DNA of 64,000 bases from Bradymonadales bacterium (GTDB lineage Bacteria; Bdellovibrionota; UBA2394): the NCBI GenBank assembly GCA_007693605.1, contig REDG01000024.1:77013-141012 (forward strand), written 5' to 3'. The translations under genes and the position numbers were made by a program. The notes beneath the pieces are model-generated. The model ran no database searches. It was given only the letters and a program-made list of their open reading frames with translations, and had not been told where the DNA came from. Positions 47,678 through 55,788 of the stretch are shown here, piece after piece (position 1 is the stretch's first letter; every line of letters begins with the position of its first letter).

Positions 47678-50600
47678 CGATCACACTTCCCTTCAAAGCC
47701 TTTGATTCTCTCTTCTGAACTCGCGGGGGCATCAGCCCTAAGTATCGAGATCATTCCTAAAATCAGACTCAAGTCGACCGAGCTTAAAATCGAATCTTTC
47801 GCATCAAACACAAAGCTCTGAACGAGAGGCGATTGGGCCACCGACATATCTCTCGTGATACTATCCAAAATTTTGATACTAAATCCCGTGATGCGCGACC
47901 AATTGAGCCGAGAAACTGAACGGTCGAGCGCGATGAAAAATACTCGAAACAAATCATAGTAGTTGAAATCAGAAACCGCTCCCGCCTCCCGGCTTCGCAC
48001 ACTTAAGAAGGTATCAAGAAAGTTCTTGAGGCTGGCCAAGACGGCCTGCCCGACTTCCTTTGGTAAATTTGTCTGCTCCTTTTGGTTCTGTAGCCAGTCT
48101 TCAATCGAGGGTCTCGTCTGTAAATCCTTAAGCCGCAGATAAAAAGCTGCCAAGCCTTCGAGAAGGGCCTCCAGTTCCGCAACCTTGTCCCCAAGTACAA
48201 TCGACACCTCACTCGGTTGATTCTCGGAATCTCCCCCTCCGAAGAGGTCTAGGTCGACACTCGATCCGTAGTGCAATTCTGGCAGTGAATGATAGTTCTC
48301 TCGACTTCTCTGCCTCGTCACAACGGCATCATATGCCCGTTTAAACTCCTGAACTGAAAACTCATCAGTCACTCCAAACTCGCTAGGCTGAAATCTGATC
48401 TCCTCTAGACTCAGTTCCTGATAGAGATTCAGATGGTCCTCTAAAGCATTGGCGAGGGCTCCAACGATTTGAAGGTTTTTTGCCTTTTGCGACATGAGGT
48501 CGATGTCCGATCGAACGGCGTCTAGAAAGACCTCAAACAACTTGAGCCTCAGATTGTTCATGAGATAGAGACTAAACTCGATTTGACCCGCACTGTTGGT
48601 GCCAACGGGGAGTGCTTGAAAGTGCTCTTGGACAAAGCGCGTGATCACTGAGCCCTCGTCGCCGCCTGAAACCGCATGAGAGCCCGTAGTGGATCGATTT
48701 GAAATCCGCTCAGAACTGAAACGCGGTCGAATCAAAAAGAGCTTCGTCTCATTCCCTCTCGAGAGTCCCATCAAGGAACTTGCTGCGGAAGACAGAAAGG
48801 TTCGTGCATCAACCTCTGGCGTATTCTTAATAATGGAGGACAATACACTGGGGTGCACAAACACGAGTTGATGGTGGTTGTTGAAATGCGTCTGTCGACT
48901 GGGCAAAAGAGCGGCGTTGAGTGCAGGCCCTTTCGATGCAAAAGGAAAGCGATTCAAACTGATCAAATCGCCAAAGCGTCTTAAAAAGGACTCTTCAAGT
49001 GTAAGATCAGGAGTCGAGAGTGAGGCTAAAATCAATTCTGTATCTGTTGGGTGGTGCGGATTCTTGGCAAACTGCCGAAGCTTCTCAGGGTTCGACTTGG
49101 GGTTGAGCGCAATCAGAACACTGAGATTTCTCGTTGGCCGCTCTCGACCTTCAAGATCAACGAAGGTCTTCTCATCTTGTAGAGCTCTAATTCTCTGAAT
49201 GAAATACTCTCGCGCTTCAGGGGGGGCTAAATGAAAGTCATCAAGAAAGATAAGCCCCCTCTCGCCCCCCTCTGCCGTGAGAAAGCTTTCAAAGGCTTTC
49301 TTGGCTTGCTCAAAATTCAACATTCGCTCTGAAGAATTGTTTTCCTTAGAATTCGAAGTCTGCCCAAGGACTTGCGCCATATTCAAAACAAAGGCCAACT
49401 TTGTAGACTGGGGAGGCTCGCCAGTCATTGAAAATATTTCAAACTCAAGAGCGGATATCAGGGTGCGAATCGCCGTGGTCTTGCTCGTACCCGTCCCCCC
49501 ATAGATGATCGCGGACGACTTGAGATTCCTAACCTGATCGGTAGAGAGTTGAGCTAAAAGCACTTGAATGAGTCTTTGCTTAAACTCAATTGGGCCGGTG
49601 TAACCGTGAGTCTGCCACAGGTGAATAATATCCTTTCTTGAAAGAATTTTGAGATGATCCTCATCGTCTAGAAGATCCAGGTTGACGGGCATAGGAAAGA
49701 CTCTTGCCAGAGACTGTTCAACCAGTCTGAGATCGAGCACTCGTCTCTTGCGAATCCTCTCACTGGTGGTCATCTGAAACAAAAGCTCACTTAGAACCTT
49801 CAAGAAACTCTCAAAAACAGGCATTCCATTGTCGAGAGCCAACTTCTCTGACCGATTAATCAGATAGGTGAGAATTTTATCTTCTAGCTCTTCCACACTA
49901 TAGGATTTCTTCTCAAAGTCCGCCACCAGGCCTTCGAGACTGACCTGAAACTGACTCATGCGGACACCGGGGTGAAGCAGTAGATTCTTTCTCGCGAATT
50001 CCAACCTGAGCTCTGAGGTGGGGGGACTGAGTTTGACGACTTCAAAGAGATCAAAGACACCCATCTCATTCTCGATCGGGTGCGCTTCACGAAGCTTTTC
50101 CCAACTCTCTTCTGTTCCAATCAAGAGGGTTGATATGGGAGAGTTCGAGTCTGCAACAAAGTCAGCGGCGTCGACCCGCTGCCCCCCTGTTGCTAAGAAA
50201 TACAAAATTGAGGGCGCCTGACTGAGCCTCTCTGGTTGGCGTTCTAGATCTTCACCGTCTAGCGAAACACTATTGCCAATTGCTCGACTAAGAATGAGGT
50301 CTGATGTTTCGTTCTGAGTCTTTTCCTGACGGGTCGATACGCGAGCAATCTTATCGATCGATTCGAGCAAGACCGGCGCTTTCTGATGGGTCCGAGACTC
50401 AGAAATCATATGTCTGATATTCTCGAGAACCTCCCTTTGAGAGATCGGCTCCTCGATCTTGGGCAGCGCATAGAGCTGATACCTCCCGCTACTTTTGTGC
50501 CAAGGGCCTCCGTGAGCAGCATCTCGATGTCGATAAGCAAATGGATATTGTCCCGCATATCGAAGCAGATCTGGCGAAACAATGAGAACCACCTTTCTTG

Positions 50601-53037
50601 CCTTTGTGCGAATATCTGCCAAATCATTCAGCAAATCTGGATACTCCGGAAAGACATCAGTCTGATATTCAGCGGCATTTCTGGCTCTGCGGCGCTCAGG
50701 ATCAGACTCTACCCAATCGCGAACAAGCCAATTGGAGTAAAAGCGCCCTTGAGACTCAGACAACGCCCCATCGCCCAAAGCAGCGGGTCGCAATCGAAGC
50801 TTTGGGGCGTTCCTTGTTAAGATTTGCTGACCATCGGACAGACGAATCACCCGGAAGTTAGGGTCTATGAGATCTCTTCCCGGATCCTGTGAGAAGTAGA
50901 TCCCCGCATCGGGAGAGACAAAAATTCTGGAAAGAAATTCCTCTTTGGTTAGGGCCCCCTCAATATTGATCAAAGCCTTTGTGCCGTGGATCTCGAAGCG
51001 CGACTGCTCGACATTTCCAGAATTTGACTTAATCCTTATCTCCGACAGTATAAGATATCGAATGCTTGTCTCGATGGCCTCTCCCTCCGACTGGCTAATC
51101 GACAACGCAAGTTTGAGTCCGTCAGAAGCGCTCATTCCCACCGAGGGAAACAGATGAATATCTCGAATATCTTCAAAACTCGAGTCGAGATCAATCTCAA
51201 TTGGGGAGTCAATCATCTTGGCCTCTGAATCAACGAGCAGCAATACAAGACGAGCTTTTGAAGCCGCATCTGGAAGATCGGTCAGATAGAATCCAACGAT
51301 CTGAATCTCTGTTAGGGAGTTCCAACCCGTCTTCACCTTGAGATCAATGGCCAGATTCATTTCGTTTCGAATAAGGCTGGGTAGATATCCAAGCGCGGAG
51401 TCAACAGAGTCATCACTCTTCGTAAAGTAGACTCCTGTTGGGTTGGGGCCCTCCGGTGGTCGTTCAAATTCAAAAAAACTGACTCCATCTGAAAGTGAAA
51501 CTTCTCTAAGGGGTTCCAAGAAGTGATAGCTCAATCGGCCAGTCTCAAAAGTTGTCAAGACATCAACAGTCGCTGCGGTCTTCCGAAATTTTCTTTGAAA
51601 GTCTTCTGAAGAGAGGCCGACCGGCGTTTCAATATCAAAGAGCAATCGCTCTCCCGCAGCGATGATCATTCTCCTGGCCAAATCTTCTTGGGGAAAGAAT
51701 TTGGGGCTTAGGTGTTGGACTCGGTGAATCTGAGATCGCCCCTCTAGATCTGAGATTTCATAAGCAACGGTCTCTGCATCTCCGGATTCAAACTGCCAAG
51801 AAACCACCAGAACTTTGGCTTCAGCAGAGTAAGCAGCACTAAGGTCTACTAGATCGGTCGCTGCTGGTCGAATCGGCTCAATCTCAATGCTCTGCTGGCG
51901 AGACCTCTGTACATAGGTGAACAAAACCCTCTCATCCCTCAAAACAACCAGACCTAAGCCGCTGCGAGCAGAACTGGCTACACGGCGAAAGGCCAGTTGA
52001 GGATGAGGCGCCGAAGTGGAGATCACATAGGGACTCGTCTCATCCAAAACATTTTCTTTACCTGCAAGCCACTGCACTCCTCGGGCAGCATCGTAGTAGG
52101 CATAGATGGGAGGACCATCTGAGCCGAGACCCACCCTCAAGGGGTGTCTCACCTCGATACGATCATGGGGAATGGATATGAGAGGCAAATAGGGATAGAT
52201 CCTCCAAAACTCTTGTAGATCTGAAAGTTGATCTCCCGATTTCAGCGCCAATCGAAAAAACTCGCTCGGACTCAATCGCTCCATTAAGTCACGAAGGCTC
52301 TGCTTCCACTCAACCACAAAATCTGCCTCGTTACCTCTCTCTTGAACAGCCATCTGTAAGAGATTTCTGGAAACAAGAGCCGAGTAATTATCATGAAAAA
52401 ACATGCGGCCGAATAGCTCTGAATGATCTGAAAACTCATAGTCTAAAAGCACTGGATCTCGGATGGGCCTGATTTTTCCAGACTCGAAACTCTCTTTGTT
52501 AAAAATAACGGCAAATGTAAGACCAGAACCATGAATTGAGTTTTTGGTCTTCATGGAAACGAGAACAACATAATGAGGCTCAGCTCCCATCTTAATATCA
52601 GTCCCCTCAATTGAGACATCTTCAATGTCCTCAATCATCGGTAGGGGGATCTTCTGGCCAAGTATCGGGTCTCGTATTTGATCGATCTCAAAAATACTTT
52701 GAGGATCCTCGTCTCTCGATCGGGTGGAGAAAAAGGTGAGTCGTCCATCCAAGATACAAAGACTTTGGAAGTCATTCGCAACCCTGGGGAACTCGATGAC
52801 ATGCGAAAGTCCTCCGGTCACAGATTCTAAAAGAACCTCCCCCTCTAGAGCTAGGCGCCACGACCTTCCGTCTCGAATATAAATTCCTGGACTTCGACTA
52901 GATGTTCCCATTTCATCCGGCACAGCGATCAGGTAGGGAGTCCCTGCCTGAAAGGGCGGCTCCTCTTCTCTGGTCTGAGCTGTTGACTCAAACCCGATCA
53001 GGCCAAAGAGAAGAGCTGCAAGATGCGCTCTTATCAT
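47647..53037 (-). CDS. Giant signal-peptide protein with a beta-rich N-half and Clp-like AAA+ module(s)
   Basis: IIYGGTGTSKTT (variant Walker A), LIFLDDFH (Walker B), IALN sensor, SFLRRF Arg finger; an upstream degenerate NBD-like segment (LLIGTEESW...FEVVKLSPPT); N-terminus MIRAH-LAALLFGLIGF-ESTA. Confidence 0.7.
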   Translation of the reverse strand: MIRAHLAALLFGLIGFESTAQTREEEPPFQAGTPYLIAVPDEMGTSSRSPGIYIRDGRSWRLALEGEVLLESVTGGLSHVIEFPRVANDFQSLCILDGRLTFFSTRSRDEDPQSIFEIDQIRDPILGQKIPLPMIEDIEDVSIEGTDIKMGAEPHYVVLVSMKTKNSIHGSGLTFAVIFNKESFESGKIRPIRDPVLLDYEFSDHSELFGRMFFHDNYSALVSRNLLQMAVQERGNEADFVVEWKQSLRDLMERLSPSEFFRLALKSGDQLSDLQEFWRIYPYLPLISIPHDRIEVRHPLRVGLGSDGPPIYAYYDAARGVQWLAGKENVLDETSPYVISTSAPHPQLAFRRVASSARSGLGLVVLRDERVLFTYVQRSRQQSIEIEPIRPAATDLVDLSAAYSAEAKVLVVSWQFESGDAETVAYEISDLEGRSQIHRVQHLSPKFFPQEDLARRMIIAAGERLLFDIETPVGLSSEDFQRKFRKTAATVDVLTTFETGRLSYHFLEPLREVSLSDGVSFFEFERPPEGPNPTGVYFTKSDDSVDSALGYLPSLIRNEMNLAIDLKVKTGWNSLTEIQIVGFYLTDLPDAASKARLVLLLVDSEAKMIDSPIEIDLDSSFEDIRDIHLFPSVGMSASDGLKLALSISQSEGEAIETSIRYLILSEIRIKSNSGNVEQSRFEIHGTKALINIEGALTKEEFLSRIFVSPDAGIYFSQDPGRDLIDPNFRVIRLSDGQQILTRNAPKLRLRPAALGDGALSESQGRFYSNWLVRDWVESDPERRRARNAAEYQTDVFPEYPDLLNDLADIRTKARKVVLIVSPDLLRYAGQYPFAYRHRDAAHGGPWHKSSGRYQLYALPKIEEPISQREVLENIRHMISESRTHQKAPVLLESIDKIARVSTRQEKTQNETSDLILSRAIGNSVSLDGEDLERQPERLSQAPSILYFLATGGQRVDAADFVADSNSPISTLLIGTEESWEKLREAHPIENEMGVFDLFEVVKLSPPTSELRLEFARKNLLLHPGVRMSQFQVSLEGLVADFEKKSYSVEELEDKILTYLINRSEKLALDNGMPVFESFLKVLSELLFQMTTSERIRKRRVLDLRLVEQSLARVFPMPVNLDLLDDEDHLKILSRKDIIHLWQTHGYTGPIEFKQRLIQVLLAQLSTDQVRNLKSSAIIYGGTGTSKTTAIRTLISALEFEIFSMTGEPPQSTKLAFVLNMAQVLGQTSNSKENNSSERMLNFEQAKKAFESFLTAEGGERGLIFLDDFHLAPPEAREYFIQRIRALQDEKTFVDLEGRERPTRNLSVLIALNPKSNPEKLRQFAKNPHHPTDTELILASLSTPDLTLEESFLRRFGDLISLNRFPFASKGPALNAALLPSRQTHFNNHHQLVFVHPSVLSSIIKNTPEVDARTFLSSAASSLMGLSRGNETKLFLIRPRFSSERISNRSTTGSHAVSGGDEGSVITRFVQEHFQALPVGTNSAGQIEFSLYLMNNLRLKLFEVFLDAVRSDIDLMSQKAKNLQIVGALANALEDHLNLYQELSLEEIRFQPSEFGVTDEFSVQEFKRAYDAVVTRQRSRENYHSLPELHYGSSVDLDLFGGGDSENQPSEVSIVLGDKVAELEALLEGLAAFYLRLKDLQTRPSIEDWLQNQKEQTNLPKEVGQAVLASLKNFLDTFLSVRSREAGAVSDFNYYDLFRVFFIALDRSVSRLNWSRITGFSIKILDSITRDMSVAQSPLVQSFVFDAKDSILSSVDLSLILGMISILRADAPASSEERIKGFEGKCDRWINELGRSQ

Positions 53038-53040
53038 TCT

Positions 53041-55491
53041 TTATCTCCCCGGCTGCTTTTGACTTCGTAGCGCCATTGATCTCTGAATCGCCTCAATGGC
53101 GATTCTTGCGGACTGAGGATTGTATCCGAAGTCTTGACTCAAGGTGTTTAACAGACCGTCTGCCCGCATCTGAAGATCTGGATCTTTGACCCTGCCAGTT
53201 CCCGTCGCCGCCGAAAGCAAAGAGCTCAAACTCGCATTCTCTCGAGCCAACTGTAAGTGAACATAATACTGTGTGATCGCAGCAAGAAATTCCGGATGAA
53301 TTGCAGAATCATCGGTAGAGGAATTAACACTCCATGTAAACCAAGTTCCAACCTCCTGAAAATCAAACGCACGGCCTGTAAGCTCTTGCCAAGCCCTCTT
53401 GACTCCGTCCAGTCTTTCAAAATTAATCGGAGTCTCTGCGCCCGTCGAAGGATGAAGATAATGAGTCGCCTTGGCATCACCCGATAAGGCCGTCATCTCG
53501 GCGATCATTTCATCGTAAACGAGCGAAACAAATTCCTCACCCATCTGCCTCATATAGGCCTCACTCAGATCCCTCTCGTACTTTGGAATAATCCATCGTT
53601 GATGAATCTCTTCAGCAAGAAGAATGAGATGTCTTTGATCTTCTGGCTTAAGCCCTCGATATCGATCATCGTAAACCAAGTCCCGAATCACTTGAATGAT
53701 GAGTTCCGGAGTAAGAGTGTTGTGATAGGTCGAACTGGCTGCCAACGAGAGGGCTGCCGTCCACATTCGAGCGGCAACCCGATGGTCTAAACCAAAAGTC
53801 CCCTCATCCCCTAGTCGCGACAAAGCCATCAAGTTGTGCATTCTAGCTCTTTCAATCTGAGTCTCTCCGAAATAGACTTTCAGACGGCTGATTCGATCCA
53901 CCAAGTGGATATCAGAGTCCTTCACCATCGGAAATTGCTGAGCGAGACGAATATCATTCAGATTGAACTGCATTCGAGACAGAGACATGATTGCAGCCAT
54001 GAACTCCAAACTATGCGGCCCGATCTCAATAGGAGAGTGCTCAGGGTTTCCATAAGCCAACGCGAATCTTCGGTGTGTTGTAGCAGGCCTCTTTCCAAAT
54101 TCTCTGCTTGGAACGAGCCGGAAAACAGACTTGCCCCTCACTTCGACCCAGTCTGCCCCAGACTCTCCCAATGGCCGCATCCAAAGCGGATTCGTTTCCA
54201 TCGCCAGAAGCTGCATATTAGAAATCGGATCGATCAGAGAATTCATAGGGATAGGCAGAATTCTGCTGAGCAGAGGAGAGTTGGGATCTCTTTCCTCTAG
54301 CTCTTTTAGCTCCCTCGTATTCGTGGCTCCAAGGAATAGAATGTCAATCGGTACCGTGACCCCCGCCGCAATATCAACTCGATGACTAGAGACCAAATTC
54401 AATAGTTTTGCAAAGAAAGCCGGATGATTCTTTAAGAGCTCATCGAAGTAGATCACGCCGCCATTGGCAAGCGGAATGATTCCATAGTCCCAGGCAAAGG
54501 GATCATTGATGCCCGCCCTCATCGCATGAATCGCATTGGGTCGGCCAAAGATTTCCGAATCTCTTGGCTCGTCGCCTTGTTGTGCAATCAGGGGAAGCGT
54601 GGTGGAATCACCTAGAATCAGCCTCTTGATCCGAATATGTTTTGAAAGAACGCTTACAATTTCTTCATCACTAAGAGTCTCGCCCTTTTCCGCTTCGTAG
54701 TGGGCAATGATTTCTGCTCGAATTGCAGCTGACTTTGGATTCGGCTGCCGTTTGGGGTTAGGATCTTGATGAAGTTCAATATAAACTCTTGATCGATGTT
54801 CTGCAAGAATGGCCTCCTGATACGAGTCCGGAAGAAGACTAAATGGAGAGTCGTTGATTGGATCTGCAAATGCTCTTGGGCTTTCCGCCTTCACAAACTC
54901 TGACGGAAGTCGATTTTTTAAACTGGGAATTTTGGACAGATCGACCCACTCAAAAGTGTAGGCAAAGTGCTTTGGAACTCTCATCGTCGCGTTCGACATA
55001 GATGTTCTCAGATGCTCAAGAATAAAGGACTTTCCACTGCCGGGTACGCCGACCAACATGGGCATATCTCTGCCGGAAGCGCCTCCCGAGGCTGCGGCCT
55101 TGATTGCTTCGACTAGCTGAGCGGCCGCCTGCTCTTGACCCACTAAAAATTTACCATCCGCTAGATCGTGAGCAGTGGAGAGTAGATTGTAGACCTTATG
55201 CTTCCGGCTACCCGTAAAGGGATCGACTTTCTCTTCGACGCCAGCGGAAAGAAACAAATGGAGTAGCGTTTGTGGGCTCGACATGATGGTCCATGGGTGA
55301 TTGGCAATGAAGCTCTCGGGACCAGCCTCAAGAAGAACCTCAAGGTCATGTCGCTCCTTATCAGCGACTCGACGATAATCGATGGAGTCCCCCCGGATGA
55401 CGATGTTTTCAACACTGACCCGACACTTATCCGATGCATCAACTCCTGCGATCAAACCGGCTAATACAAAAAAATAGGCAAAATTTTTCAC
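53041..55491 (-). CDS. Signal-peptide PrkA/YeaG-family AAA+ ATPase
   Basis: LVGVPGSGKS, DPFAWDYG...ANGG..YFDELLK, GATN, L.SRI, IGPHSLE.MA....LSR, EG.FG, GYN..SA; probable start GTG 55491 after a purine-rich RBS (ORF track 55518); MKN-FAYFFVLAGLIAG-VDA. Confidence 0.85.
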   Translation of the reverse strand: MKNFAYFFVLAGLIAGVDASDKCRVSVENIVIRGDSIDYRRVADKERHDLEVLLEAGPESFIANHPWTIMSSPQTLLHLFLSAGVEEKVDPFTGSRKHKVYNLLSTAHDLADGKFLVGQEQAAAQLVEAIKAAASGGASGRDMPMLVGVPGSGKSFILEHLRTSMSNATMRVPKHFAYTFEWVDLSKIPSLKNRLPSEFVKAESPRAFADPINDSPFSLLPDSYQEAILAEHRSRVYIELHQDPNPKRQPNPKSAAIRAEIIAHYEAEKGETLSDEEIVSVLSKHIRIKRLILGDSTTLPLIAQQGDEPRDSEIFGRPNAIHAMRAGINDPFAWDYGIIPLANGGVIYFDELLKNHPAFFAKLLNLVSSHRVDIAAGVTVPIDILFLGATNTRELKELEERDPNSPLLSRILPIPMNSLIDPISNMQLLAMETNPLWMRPLGESGADWVEVRGKSVFRLVPSREFGKRPATTHRRFALAYGNPEHSPIEIGPHSLEFMAAIMSLSRMQFNLNDIRLAQQFPMVKDSDIHLVDRISRLKVYFGETQIERARMHNLMALSRLGDEGTFGLDHRVAARMWTAALSLAASSTYHNTLTPELIIQVIRDLVYDDRYRGLKPEDQRHLILLAEEIHQRWIIPKYERDLSEAYMRQMGEEFVSLVYDEMIAEMTALSGDAKATHYLHPSTGAETPINFERLDGVKRAWQELTGRAFDFQEVGTWFTWSVNSSTDDSAIHPEFLAAITQYYVHLQLARENASLSSLLSAATGTGRVKDPDLQMRADGLLNTLSQDFGYNPQSARIAIEAIQRSMALRSQKQPGR

Positions 55492-55788
55492 CAATCCCTC
55501 TCCCCTCACTAGTTGCACCTATAAGATTTAGTGAAGCTCGCTGTAATGCGTCAAGAAGACTTATGCGACGCGATGCGCTAATAAGCTCGTGGTACTGAAA
55601 AAAATGCAGACTAGATTAAATTGCAGGCCTCCCCTCAGAATCAGAACCAAGCTCTCAAATCTGAATCTCTAATTTCAGAGGCAACTTTTTTTACTCGAAC
55701 TATCTCGACCATTTGAGACTCTTTACGACTGCCCAGCGAAGATCGAACGAAGGATAATGACATCATGCGTTACGATACTCTGCGGCCT

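Noticed and set aside
55620..55692. Possible sRNA or terminator (GCCTC…GAGGC plus T-run) between the PrkA operon and the PilX-like gene
   Set aside because: The stem is short with a long poorly paired interior; not distinguishable from chance by eye.
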